Assembly (NCBI GenBank): GCA_003344405.1
Contig: NOWV01000151.1
Location: forward strand, 62,001 to 126,000
DNA from: Trichoplax sp. H2
Lineage: Eukaryota
DNA: 64,000 nucleotides
Direction of reading: 5' to 3'
Below are positions 39,601 through 54,634 of the stretch, in pieces. Each line of letters begins with the position of its first letter. The stretch's first letter is position 1. The translations under genes and the position numbers were made by a program. A model generated the notes under the pieces. That model had not been told where the DNA came from, searched no databases, and saw nothing but the letters and a program-made list of their open reading frames with translations.

Positions 39601-42600
39601 GAAATACGAGATAGTAAATTAATCTGTATATCTGATTGTTATAGCTCAATAAATATAATTTTACAGATAATAAGCGACTCTGACTTTGAAAATTATTCAA
39701 ATACTGCTTGTTCTCAACCAGTAGTACCCATGGAACGTAAAAATAAGACTAATTTTTCATTTTAAATTGGACAATTGGAAAAGGTTATAGTACAATATAT
39801 AATCATTTATGTACATTGCATAGGAAATAATCAACGTATTAATCCATTACATAACCTGTACAAGTATACAGTGCACAACTATCTCCAGCGTAATTTTCAG
39901 ATTTATGAAATATGCTACTCGAGATAGTCGATTCTAATAGATGCAATAAGAAATTAGGCTGGCTCCAGGGCACCATAATTAATGAATAGAACAACAAGCG
40001 ATCATTAGTATGGCCTATAAGTGTTATGATTAGTTAAAGTTTAACGTATTATAAATAACAGTAACCTTTATCGACTCGGGAATTAAAGAAGTACTGTACA
40101 TATGGTAATTTATTGCACCTGCAGAAAGACGATTGCATAGATATTACAGCTAATTATTCTATTTATAAATTATACGAAAACCAGACTACAAGGCAACTTT
40201 ATATTTTATCTCTAATTCAAGAAATGTCTAGAAGTTTGCGACAAAATATCTGTAATGGGAATAATTTTTCGTGCTTCATCTTTAATTAAAATTAGTAGCA
40301 AAGACATCTACGTAAATTGAATTTCTTATTCTCAGGTAGTGACAACAGCAACCCAATATTATCACACTGTGTGACCTATCAGACGATTTAAAGTATATGA
40401 TGATGGATCAAAAGGTAACTTTCTTCAATCTTGAATTCAAGAAACATCAGGTTTGTGAAAAAAATTTACGACAATGCAGTATTAAGTTAGTTATCTTGTT
40501 GAGATAGAGCAACCAATAAACAAAGTACGGGTAATTCTATAGTCAAAAATTATATTAATGTCAATAATATCCAGAGTAACTATAGTTGTTCAATTAGGGT
40601 AACATAAAGCTACAGATCTTCAAAAGCAATTCTTTTTCATGAATAAATTGTAACGTCAGTAATGAATATTATCAGAATTATTTCTTAAATTAAGGTAAAG
40701 CAATAAATATGTTGAGCTTCTTTATCCACAAATTGCGACAAAATCAGTATTATAACATTATTTGAGTTACCCGCTAAACTAGATCAGTATTGTAATAATG
40801 CAATACTATAATTTGCTATATAACTATAGCATAGCAAAAAAAGATCCTAACGAAACTTTATTCCATCTTAAATCTAATACATAGTCCCCGATAACATCTG
40901 CACAAGATGTAAGAATAATCATACTATAAATTGTTTATATAATGTTATCACATTATACGAAGTGCTAGTTCGCTCAAAAGTATGAAATAGATGACAAAGC
41001 AACTTTATTTTATTCTAGATCCCAAAATTTCCGTAATAAATATCGAAAAACATAAATTTTATGAGAGACTTTATCTGAATGCATTCTAGTGTTATAGATT
41101 ACAAGCAATTCCACACGATAGATTGTGATAGCATCTGTTATATACCACAATTGCTCTGTAGCATAAGCCAACAAATAAAATTTCTAATAACAGACAACAA
41201 TGCAACTTTATTCACACCGAAATTAAAAAAATCATAGAGCTTTAAACACCAATTGGAGGAAATCTCTACATTTATTTATTCAAAATTTGAACAATAGCAA
41301 TCCACCCTTGAATTCTATCAAGTGCGTAGTACCACTCTAAATAATTCTATCATAATAATCCACATGGATCTGATTACACAATCTTATTCAAAAAGCAAAT
41401 TGTTTCATTAAAAATATTATTTACCCAAAAGGTAGATATAAATCTTTCTTTATTTTTAATTATAATTATCAATTGATCCAAACTACATTTAACCGGTATT
41501 TCATTTAATTACTCATATCCACATTATATCGACTATGGTAATTAATGTAGTCTTAGAGATATTATCAATTATTTGGTGCGCAATTTATTAAATATTGCCG
41601 ATCCTAGATAGCATTGTGTAGCAATAATTGATTATAATACATAATACTGGTTTCTCAATTCTACAGTATTGGATGAACTAAAATTTTTAACCAATCCGTC
41701 AAAGATATTAACTTTAAAATAATAACATCGGCTGCCCGATGTAAACATTAAAACTAATTGTTCTATACTCAATTAAACTGCTGAAACTATTTTATAAGCT
41801 TACAATTAAAACAAGAATACTAAGAAATAATTATATAAGTATCGATAGCCGTCACGCCCTAAAGATCAAGTACTGTATATTAGGAGCAAAATATTCAATA
41901 ATACCATATAGCCTAGAATTGTAGTGTTAACAATAGTTTTTACAGTAAGAAATGCCCAATTCGTGTTTTGCATTAATTTAATAAACTGAGAGACAATAAT
42001 TCATATCAGATAGGTATTACCATTTATGAACACCTTATAAGAATAACTGAATATATTATTTACAGATCGTAATGAAACTTTATTTAAATTTATGATATTA
42101 CCTTTAAAACTTATTTACTTGATTTAATTCAAGCTAGTTGCCTTATATATGATATTCTATGCTGAAAATTCTCCCTTATTCTACTAATCATGTTTATTAA
42201 TTGAGCATTAGATGATAATGTGATATCATTTTATATGATCAGCTATTTTAGAACTTACTTTCATACGTATGTATAGTAGCAGGTTAACCAAACAGAAATT
42301 TAATTCAGCAACTTTTACAATTAAAAAAAGTATCAGTAGTTACGAGCATTACATCTCTACCATATCTCTATAAGGGGAATCATATTGATAACTAGAAAGA
42401 TGAAGTTGAAAGATGAATTTAAATAAGGAAACGATTGTATTTCAACACTTAAAAAAAATTATTTATTTACAGTATTAGTCATAGATTGGTATATCAGAAT
42501 TATGTTGTTCATAATCGAGATTCTATTCAATTTTTTTAATAGTATTAATTCATTTCTAGCATAATTGAATGCCTTTCAAGTTTTAAAATTGATAAAATTA

Positions 42601-45600
42601 AAACTGGAAGCTTTAAACACTCGAATTTCAGGTATTTCTTACAAGACTATAATACAATTAACAATGTAGCATTGTAGCAAATAGAAGTAAACATGTTGTA
42701 AAAGATGATAACTGTCATCCTTTGTAATATTATAATTTAATTATAGAAGCCACATCATTTTATATCATTCATTATCCAATTTAATGAAACTTTAGATTTA
42801 ATGTTTTAAAATTAGATCACATTGAGCTACTTAATTGACTGACATGGAATGTGTTTACTTTGTCATTTTTATAGACTTTTACTGTATAGTTTTTGAATAA
42901 ATTATAGTTAGTAGATAAAAAATTATACAGTAATTCAACATTTAATATCCGTAAGTTAACATCAACGCTAAATCGACTACAAGCTACTCCGTGCTATTAA
43001 TTCTTACATCTACCCTACCTTAGTTTATATTCTACAACAGCAGCTAGTATATCGGAAAATAATAGCCTAAATTTATTCTAGCATAGCATCGGTAATATGT
43101 GTATCTCTAATTTAATAGCGCAGAGTACCTATAAACAATCACAGTTTAAAAGGCCATACGCGATCAATATTATAAAGCTGCAAGCTTAAAGGTAATTCTT
43201 AAAAGGGCATTATTACATAGCTAATTTGCTTGAATAATTAACGAACGATATAAGAGACAATAAATTTAATCCTTATTATAATAAAATCAAGATCATTGTT
43301 ATACAAAGCTGGCCTAACCTATCATTTAAAGCCTCCATATTCAGTCATTCTAATCCTGATATCATCAAATTTTGAATAGATTACGTCATTATCATATTCA
43401 GTTCTAATTATTATATTTTTCGTATTGATTCTGGAAGCACTTTCTAATATATACATAGAATTTTCAGTTAAAGTGATCGAGATTTTATTGGGATGTCAAT
43501 ATTTCTATTAATGAACTATCACACAAATCATTGTTTACCAGCCGATTTGACTTCAATCCCGATAGTCCGGAATATTAATCAAACAAAATTCTTTACTGCG
43601 TACTATTATCATACTTTTAAAACGTACAGTTATTATAATTAGCTAAAATAACCCCATTAAGTTCTATTCCAATATAATTTCTACAAGCCGGAAATATTAC
43701 CGAACGCAAAAAATTTGACAAGATTAGAAGCTGAAGATGAACGAGTTTTATTCCAGGTATACACTCATATCATCATGGTATAATTTAAATTTTGGTAACA
43801 TGCCTATTTGTCGTCGGTACTTTATATTTATTAAATTTTCTACGAATTTAAGTAATAAGAAAAATTCGCAAATAACTAATAAAGAAAAATCCTGATTTTG
43901 ATATCCAAGTGTCTATATTAGTTATTACAATTTACTTTGGCCTTGAACTATGTCTCTGTCTTTTGATGTGCGATTATTCCTATGCACAATAATATAATAG
44001 AGATAATGTAGACAAAGCAAGCAGGTGACAATTATTGTTTCTACACAATGTTAAGAATCAAATTGCAAGTCCCAAGTCTAAAATTATGAATATTACCATA
44101 TACGTATATGCATAGTGATTAACATTAACTTTCAACGAGAATGTCAAAAATGATGAGAATAAGTTTTAAATGTACTTTTTAGGCAATTGAAGTTATCGGA
44201 ATGTAACCGTACTCAGATAAAGACAATTTAGGTGCGAAACTAACTGTAAATTGTATTAATTCGGCAATACGTATGCTCATTGAAAACTCATCTATGGTAT
44301 AGCCCATACGATCAAATAATAGTACCAAAATCGTCAACAATTTAATGCATTACTGAGCCAGTGGAAATGATGTAGCAAATGTAATACGCTAACTGAAGAA
44401 TACGTAAAATTGTACATATGATCCATAATCTTTTATATAACCCTAAATTAATGCCAGGGCTATAAAAAGACATTAATATTACACATACCCCTTCCTTCTA
44501 TATAATTTTAATGATTTCGCATCATTTATGTGTATAATAAATATTATGATAATTTATCATTTATATTGCAAAGAATTAGTCATCAAGCCTCGAATTCTTT
44601 TAGGGACAACAATAATTAATGTGAATACCGTAATTTCTGTCTTGATGACCAAGATTCAGCTAACCTGAATAATAATAATATTTAACATTAAAAAACAGGT
44701 ATTGTGGTATAAAATGAAACAGCACCAAGTTGCAGACCCTATTTTCATTCAGTAAATTGAAGGCATATAAGACAATTTCAGTATCAATATCAATCTTTAA
44801 TTATATCAAACATTTGTTATGATAACTTTTATTCTTATAAATATCAATACATTAAAATAGCGATGATGTCTAGTCAGTTAATGCATTACCTTTAATAGAT
44901 GCCATCCTCATTTGTAAAGAGTATAGTGGCGACAAAGTCCATATAAGGATTTAAAAAGGATTGTTAGAGTTCAGATGGAGTCATAATAGTCAACACAATA
45001 ATTAAATAAGTCTTCGTATTCCTCAGTTTCAGTTTCATTGTCATCTATTCTTTAATATTATATTTGAATATTCATGATCGCACACCTTCCCCTTCAAATA
45101 TTCTTAATCAAATTTTAGCTCTAATTCTCTTCCAACGACATGTCGAAATTTAGGCAAATTTTTGAAGTTATTACAATTCTGCATGATTGTATTCATTTTG
45201 TTCTTATTGGTATCATATTAGCTATTTCAATATTATCTTTAAAATGCTTATAAAAATTTTCGGGCGAAAAGAACTTTTTATATCTAAATTACCCTATATG
45301 GCTTAGATAATTTAATCAGACTCAATTTCTTTTTAAATATCAATTTCGATACTGCATATAATGTAGTCAATTGTATCAGGAATAATAAGTAGAGCACTAT
45401 TCGTCATTCTCTCCTCAGAATAACTTAACAAAGAATAGGGAATTATTTGTCCTTGAACTCAGCTTCTACCCACGCTACAACAGAAAGTTTATGCCTTTAA
45501 TTTTTATAAGAAACAGTACAAATCTTAGATGATACTTTGAAAGATCAAATTTTATAAAATTTATGTTGTATGTAAAATTATTAGGTAAAAGAGAAGAATC

Positions 45601-48600
45601 CAATCAACCTCAGATTAATATTCATAAAGTACCACCAAACACCCATTCTTTCAAATATATATGTCGCCATGATTCCGTTTAAGTTCTTAATCTGAAACTT
45701 ATTGGTAAGCATTCCTATAATTTCATAATAAGTTAACCGTACTGACGCAGTCATGTTTAGTATTAAAATATTAATGTGGCCATAAAAGATGAAAATCATT
45801 AATAACGAGTAGGTTCGGCGTCAGAAATATCAAGCAAAACTAACTGCTAAAATTTATTCACGTCTATATACCAAACTGAATTGTATAATATATTTCGTAA
45901 TATTAATTACTTCCACAACGTAATATATATTTAAGGGAAGTCAAACTATTTCATTGCTAATGAACTGTACTCACTGCAAAATATGTTTATACCGTGTTGA
46001 ATAAAATTTTTCCGATTAACTGCCTGATTAATAGTTTAATTTAAGAAAGACTTAGCAACAATAAGACTTGTTAGTTTGCGCCTTACTCTGGCACACTATG
46101 CCTATGCCGAATAGGTGCTAATTTATATGTCTATAATAAAACGATATAACATCTGTTTCATTAAATGATCTGCAGTGTAATATAAGCAAAATATATTAGT
46201 TAGTGATATTACATAACATCAATTAAGTTGCGTTATTTATATAAAAATAAAACGCAAATAAGAATAAAAAAGTACCTTGCCTTTCCTCATTAAAATTAAT
46301 CAACTTTCTACAGTAGCTTTCAATTCCTGTTTAGCTTACGGGCGGTATTTGACTGGATTCCTGCAGGCACACATTGTCATAGATAGTAAAGTTGGATGCT
46401 ATGTCAAGATATAGCCCAGTCATTGTTTTAGAAATCTAAAATAAAAAAGGACTAGCAATACTACTGACTGTAACAAGAGTAGATACAAATCAAACAAAGC
46501 AAAACTAAAATAATATTCTATCTTTATCAGCTTCCAATCCATGTAAAAATCTATATAGCTTCGACACTTGGGATAGCAATAAATCGCAATCTGACGTATG
46601 GTATCAAGTACATAATGCTCATCTTCGGTCGTTATTGCTCGAATTAAACAATGCAACAGATAACGAAATTGTTGCTTTTCTTGTCCGATTTTACATATAC
46701 ATATTCATATTCCCATAATAAAAGCTATGTAGCAATGACTTCAGAATACGTATAAGTTAGAACATTGATAATATGTCATACCACCCAGAATAAACTAGTA
46801 ATTTTGTAAGTGTATGCAATATATAATTTTCTAAATCTATCCTTCGTAGATTGTCAATCAAACAGTACACATATGAAATACAAGGCCTAATAATTGCTTT
46901 TTCTGTCAATCAATTATAAATGCCTACTAGTCAAATTACCTAGCCCAAGCATAATAATAATTAATTTTTTATATATAATAATATTTCTTTACTAAATAAA
47001 CAATATAACATGTTGTTAGCTCTGTTTATCGACGATATGTATACAAGTAATATACTTTACATAGCTATTCATTATTAACAAAAGTTTAGATATTCCGTAA
47101 TCAAAGAAAGAATTGATTGCAGAGTCTAAAATGACTCATACTATTGTGCTAGCATGCATACCAACAATCACAGCTAATAATTAAAATTGGTAAGCCCTTA
47201 CTTTGATTTTTATATAATTTCTATACATAATTTTTATTTTAGCCAGTTAACGACAAGATGAGAGAGTAGTAAAGTAGTAAAAAGAAAAGTGCAGCTATTG
47301 ACGTATGAAATGCAGAAATAGTAATAATTCTAGTTGCAATTATTATCAGTTTCATACTTTACTGTCTTAATTTACTATCAATTTAAGAGGTCAATTGTAA
47401 CAATCATTTAATATCTTTTTAATCGATTTCTACACATGCTTGCCCCCTATCATCAATTCGTGTATCAATACAAAGATCCATATGGTGGATGAAAACTTTC
47501 TCGATATCAAACAGTAAGATTCTCTAAATATACAAATGAAATTACCATAAAACAGTTTCATACGACAGTATTTGCTCTTTGCATACTTAGCTATATCAGG
47601 GCTTATCCATTTATCACGCTATCTTAATACTGTAAAATATCAAAAAATTAAAAAGAATCTAAATGGAGAGTGCAGTCTGGTTATATTATAAGATTATTAA
47701 GTATTTTATGATCAATAGAGAAATCTAAGCATTTTAATATCAACAAAAGACAGCCATTATATTGATTATGATGTATTGCTAATGATTTCTTCATTATTGA
47801 AATGGTCTTCAATACTATTGGAATTAACTTTGATAATTAATATTACATTTTATATGTCGTGTTACAGCAAGTTTGAGATGCATCTAGTACAGTAAATTAG
47901 CATATGTGCATAAATATTACTACATCCAAATGCGGTAGATGAGAAGTATAAAGACCTATGTATGTATAATACACTACAACAATTCAATTAAACCGCTAAC
48001 TAAATAGCTCTACTTTTGTTGTTGATTCTTTTTCATTAACAATCACATATCAATCGAGCAAGTTGTGCGTGGTGTTTTATCTAGTAAAAATGCTAAGATG
48101 TCAAGTCTAACTTGAAATGTAAAGTAGAAATAAAGCATTGACATTTTATTGGAAATTATATTTCGTTATAATTAAAATAAATCAACTTGAAAGCCAGCCC
48201 ATCTAAGTGACCAACAATAATAAATTCACTTTTTCAACTGACTGTTACCATATTAATTAATGTTATTGATTATCAATTATAATCAAATTGTATACGTCAA
48301 ATAAAGTCTAAAAGATTTGACAATTCCATAGAGTGATTCAGTCTCTATTATAATAGTCTATTTGTCTTATGGCAGTGTATCTTCTCTTTATTTTTAATTA
48401 TACAATTACATAATTAAATTGCAATATTTCTTATCGTTCTATTCTATTTACAGATATAAATAATGCAATCTTAAATTAAGTCATCAACTGTAGTACTGAA
48501 TAGAAAGAGCGCACGAATAAGTTCCCGTAGTAAAGCGGAAAACTCTTTAAAAGTAGTTGCTCCGGTTCAAACTTGCTCAATATTCATTAGAACCATTTAT

Positions 48601-48728
48601 GGTAAACATTCTTCCTTTTCTCTTGTTCTATCAATCAGTTCTATTTATTCAAATTAATTCATATTTTATACTACATAATTTTTACAGTTTTAACTTATTT
48701 TAACGAGCGAAAATAATTTAAGGAGAGA

Positions 48729-50833
48729 ATGTTACAGTCTTTATCCACTGCAAATATAGTTTTTGCTTCCATTAACTTAATAGTACTAACGTTTGGTGTA
48801 AGTGGAAACGCTATCCTCATAGGTTACTACCTTTTACGACGAAAGAAGCTACACGTTATCGATATTGAAATACTAAATTTGGTTTTCTCTGACTTGGGCT
48901 ACCTTATTTTCAGGTAATAATTAGAGTACATCATATATCGATTTAACATTCGAGCACGCTCAACTAATTACTTCATGGCTTGATTTCGTTATTAAATTGC
49001 AATTAGTCAACTATTTTCTGGAAAATATGTTATCTTAGTACAATAAAGAGTAAACTAGAAATAAGAGTATCCTACTCTCATATCAGCCATAATTTATCCT
49101 TACTTGGAATAGAATAGTCGGTTATATAGTTGCTTCAGAGTAATTTCAAAGTGTACGCGGAAATATAATAGTCTTTATTGCCCCTCGGTCTATAGACAAT
49201 TAATGCCCCTAATTTTAGTTTGATTTTATTTATATACCTATTTCGAATCATAAATGATCAGGTAACCATTAAACACTGTTATAATCATCCTAGCAAATGA
49301 CCAAATTACGATCCATACAGTTTATAAACCAATGGCATCATAGCATAACGTACTATTCGGTCTAGAAGAATTTTCTATCATTTACTGTAAAAACTTTTAA
49401 TTATCAGAATATCATAACCGTATATACTGAACAAGTATATTGGTAACTATTAACTGCTGCTATCGATCACATTATTGACTTAATATCTCCAACAAAAATT
49501 TTTTATAACAGTTCTTGCAAGCATACCCTGAATAATGTAGATAATATACTTTATTTTCAACCAAATTAGCCTTATGTGGGTCATTATACTTTATAGGTCA
49601 TTCCAAATTCATTCTTAAATAGCCTGAATTTTATTACTTTAGATGAATAAATGGAACATGATAACAATACAGTTAATTCCTTCGCGCTAGATTTTTATTC
49701 TTAAAGCATAAGATTTCCTTACAGTCATTGTGAAATTTTACAATTTGAAATAAAAGGCTTATGTATAAAATTAAAATTAATTATCAAACCTTATTTTTAC
49801 AATCACTGATAACATTTTATTTATCAAATTACTGTAGTAAATCAGTATACAGTATGCTAATAACACAGCGAAAGCTTTCTTTACAATTTCATTAATGCTA
49901 TTTTTAAACATACCTAAGTATTTAAATATGGAATAACCTTAACAGGATATCTTCAATTAATTAAATTAAATCTTTTTCTAAACTAATAGCTGTATGTACT
50001 CTATATTGGGATACTTTTCGAGCGGCCGTCCAATTTTCACTGAATCTTCATCAGGCTGCCGTTACTTCTTTCTGCCGATTGCTATCTTCAGTCAAACAAC
50101 ATCACTGCTTATGGTCTTAATTGCGCTGACACGTTATGCAAAAATCGTCCATCCTAACTCTTTCCATTCTTTCTTTACCAAGAAGAATATCATTGTGATG
50201 ATGACGTGCATATGGTGTCTTGGAATGATTATGCCTTCGCTTTCAGTCCATGGTAAATGGGGCAATATGGCTTACTTCAATTCAACTGGACTATGCGCAA
50301 TTACTTATCAACCTCATCAATCTTTGGCTAATTTATCATTTTTAATTACTACTATATTATGTAATTATTACTTGCCGTTTTTGACTATATGCTTTTGCTA
50401 CGTCAGTATTAGCAAAGCAAATAGTCAAAGTCAGCGTAATATACTTAGTCATAGTCAACTCTCACGCTTAGGTAGTATTTCCAGTATAAGCCATTTGTTA
50501 CGCAAAGCAGACACTTTGCAATTAAATACATCGATATCGATTATTTGCATTATTTATTTACTCTCATATGCGCCTTACTTTATCTGTCATTCTATCCAGT
50601 TAGCTGGATGGATAACTATTAATTCATATCAAAAAAATTTTTTATTCGTTATTATGAGTATTAACAGCTTTAGTAATCCTGTGATATTCACAATTATAAA
50701 ATGTAGAGGTAAAAAACAGCAAAACATTAAATCCAGCACTTTACACAGTTTTAAAACTACTATCACATCGGATAATGCAAAAACTTCTATCGATATTCGA
50801 TCAACAACGATGGCTAATACACCAATTGCATAA
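48729..50833 (+). CDS. Class A GPCR, two coding exons, ~342 aa (loosely melatonin/GPR84/Tre1-moody-like)
   Basis: Exon 48729-48913 (GN in TM1, NLVFSDL in TM2) ends AG|GTAATA. Exon 49990-50833 follows TAATAG. The junction reads LIFS-CMYS. Motifs: IALTRY, WG..Y....G.C (ECL2), YYLPF, SYAPY, NPVIF. Confidence 0.92.
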
Positions 50834-53800
50834 TTCAACGTAATACTAATAAAAAATTTACTTTTATGGCCTTTTATCGTCATATTTGATATAATTGTTT
50901 GACTATCAAATTGATAAATTTCCTTTCTGAGAAGAGGTTAAATATTATTGTAACTCCTTTGATAACATATTGATTTTTATAGGAAGTCCAATAAAAGAAG
51001 TGTTTATAATCAAACGCAGTTCATTATTTGTGTCAATTTGGAATAGATAATAAGTAAGAACCAATTGATTGATGCTATGGCAATCTAGGATTTAATTAAT
51101 GCAATAGAATTTGCTGACATTGTGATAGAAACAGAGATATCACTACTATGTATGTAAAATCCATCTCAAACGAACTATACAACGGATGCGGATCATCATT
51201 TATAAATTTCAAAATGATTTACATTGTCAGACAATTCATAGTTTTTTACTATCCTGCTAAGATGTAGTGGTATTCCCAATATTATGAAATACTTTAATTT
51301 AGCTATCATTGAGAGGATTTTTCTTATTGTATTCTCATAATCATATTTTCGTATTGATAGTATTTGTAAAAAGTATCAGCATAAAGCTCTTACGTTGTTA
51401 CCATGTATAAGCGTACACGGTAAATAGACTAGAATCAACCATTGAGTAGTTAAAACAAATTTCTGGGTCACAACTTCTTAACGTCGAAATTTTGTAATAT
51501 TTCTGAATCGTTTGGTTTACGAATCTAATTATTTTAGTTTTTCCCGTAGTTATACTTAGTCGGAGTGGGGTTACAGAACACTACTGTACCAGCTAATACC
51601 ATTAATGCGATATTATAGCTCACATTGAAAATGGGTTCTATTTTACATGTCAAACCTACGAAAGACTGTATAAGCTACATTCTGTTCATCATCCTAGTAC
51701 GATAAGTTATTATCAAAGTTTATCAACCACGCCTCTTCTTTGTAAAATTTCTTTCTTATTCTTTTCTGTATAGAAATTTAAAGCGACTTGACATACGACG
51801 AAAGTGCCCATTTCTGGGAGCTACTATCGCATCCAAAATGAAAGAAGTCTATTTTATTTCGATATTTTTTCTCGCAATACGGTATTTAATAATTATGAAA
51901 TTATGCCTTACTTGGCTAACCAAGTTAAATATCATAGTAATATTAATCTGCAATAGCTAATTTTATAGTCTTATGTTGTAATTATTGTTTAGATCTCCTC
52001 GTCTGTTATGTTTTTGCATTTTGAAATATAATTTACAATGATGCTATTGCATAATAAGATTAAAGTGAAAGTAAAAACGAGATTGATAAACACCATCCAG
52101 TTCCAAATGTCAGCATGATAGTAAATTTAATATTTTACCAGGGCAATTAAAGCAAGATAAGGATAAACGGTGCAGATATTTGTCATAGATTATGAAAGCA
52201 TCTATGGTAAGATTATTTGAATTTTTAAAACTTTTTTATTGTATTATAAGGAGTAAATTTCTATATTGAACAGTTTCTTTCACTTCCCAGTCAATTTCTA
52301 GATGAAAGGAAAATAAATTATTTACTTAAAATGATTTACCCTTGGCATGTGTACGCTTGAAACTATGAGTACCCAGTTATTATATAAATTGAAACTCCGT
52401 AGTTAGATAAAATAGATAATCATTTTGCTTATGTAACTGTCCAACGTTATCCTTGCTATTATCAATTTATCACTGTATAAGAAACTATACAAGTAGTAAC
52501 CTTAATTTGCTATTAAACGACCCATATATTTATTCCACAAATAGATTATCATTTAATTAGTTTATTCCATCTAGCATTCAGGTTATTCCTATAGATCGCC
52601 TCTCTTGGAATGTCGAAGATAACAATACAGCGAATAGAGCTCAATTAAATAAAATTTCATTAAAGTAAGGGTGCCAATAAATTCTACCGAACAATTGTAT
52701 GCTGTAATTTTAATTTACGTTGTTACAAAAACTCAATAAACAATAGCCAGCACGAAAATAATTAGTATGGAAATTTCTCCACTAAACCAAGTAATATTTA
52801 GTAATGACCTTTATTATCATGAATTTAAATTATAATCTATTTTATAAAAGACAATTATCTTGTCAAGCCATATCATAAATGAATCACTGACAAGGTTTAG
52901 TTATGAACAAAGCATTTTAAATGCACTTTGATCATTCCAATGAATTTCCAACTCGTACATCATAGAGGTATTGCAATAAATTCAATCTGACAAAACTACC
53001 ATAACGTAGATTGCCTCAACCATCAATTTGGCATGAAGTGAACAATTTCAAATTATTTTATTAAAAAAACTGCTTGACCATTGGATTGGTATTGTTCAAT
53101 TATCTTATCAACTTCAAAACAGTTTTCATATTATAGAATATGCAGATGTTTCGGTAGACATGGCAATTAATTACCCATATGAATAATTCAGTTATGTTAA
53201 TAATTTATTATTTTGGACAGGCTGATGCAACGTTAAGGTTACTGAATTATAAGATGAAAAGTTGAAACTGACTTAATTTTGTTTGATATCCTCCAATACA
53301 TAATATAAATAAAAGGCATAGTAGACTGATATAATTGTGATATTCTAGTAGATGATTATCAAGTATCTCAAGAGAGTACTAACAAACATCCCCATTCTAG
53401 AAATTAGACGGAAATTTGATTTTCTACCAAATGAAATAATTTCTAGACGGTCAAAAATAATATCATATTGTATCGCTAGCTATTATGGCTGTAAAATCAA
53501 AATGCTCCCATATATATAAAATATAGGAATTCAATATTAAAACGAGATGATCTTCTCTGGTAAACATTATGAAATTTGAATAACTTAATGTGGAAGAAAA
53601 GATAGAAACAGTAAAATTTATTTTTTTTGTATGATTTTCTTTCGTATACATTTTATGCATATACCAAGACTATAATAATTACTCCTGAAAGCTTAGCTTT
53701 AGGGAGCACTTCTTATCGAAAACTTAAAATTAGCCTGTAACTTACTATGTTCAGTCACCAGTATTACTTTTAAAGCGCAACATTTTAGATTATTTCGTAA

Positions 53801-54548
53801 CGCTTATAAATCAGAGAAATCGTTCAGAAATAGTAATTCCTTGATGAGTCTTAGGTAAAATTGTATTTTAACAGTTTATGCTTCAATAATTACAAACAAA
53901 ACAATGTTAGATCATCAATACAAGTTAAATAGCATAATGAATGCGTAAACTGCCTTAAATTGCGGATTCCATAAGTAATAGACGTCGATTCTGAAACTAC
54001 GTGATCACAATGGAAGATTTGACTAGACTATTTTAGAGCATCTTTCAATTATTTATGTTCAAATATAAACAAACTTATAAGCATGCGATACATAATCAAT
54101 AGCCGCATTATTGAATTTACTAGCTTAATTCGTACACACGACGTGAGAATGATGTTTTTTATATCAGTCGATGACATCTATCTAAAATGTGTTATTGCAA
54201 GTAAATGCATATATTTCGAGTTTATGGACAATTACTGATTAATTAATTAGCGACAGTATAGCACTTCTAATTAAATGTCATCAAATATCTTATTAGACCT
54301 ACTATACTTATAGCATCGAATAAAATAGCAAATAATAATCACCAAGAAGTAATAAATAGCTATAGCATACCAGCAGATTATTCCTGCATAATTAATTATA
54401 TATAACTAACTGGTATACATGAATTAAAAAGAGGGTGGATTTACTACAAGTAACATTGCAATATCAAGTAAACAAAAACAGAAAGGGTATGACTTGTTGT
54501 AGTTACGTAAGTTTAGCTCTGAAGCTGAATTCTTAATTAGTGGCGAAA

Positions 54549-54634
54549 CTAGCTTAACATCTTGTCGCTTCGCTGACAGAGGTACAGCACTACAGTTAAA
54601 AGTTAGCTTTGCTATACTTTTTCTGTACTTTAGA
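54549..54634 (-). mobile_element. Second putative mini-Helitron (3' end similar to the element at 232)
   Basis: Plus strand ACTAG-N10-TGTCGCTTCGCTGACA versus ACTAG-N10-CGTCGCTTTGCTGACG at 231. The 5' end (minus-strand A|TCTA at 54634) is tentative. Confidence 0.4.

Noticed and set aside
52668-52699. AGGGTGCCAATAAATTCTACCGAACAATTG|TA, resembling a Tc1-type TIR
   Set aside because: No convincing partner TIR or transposase nearby.
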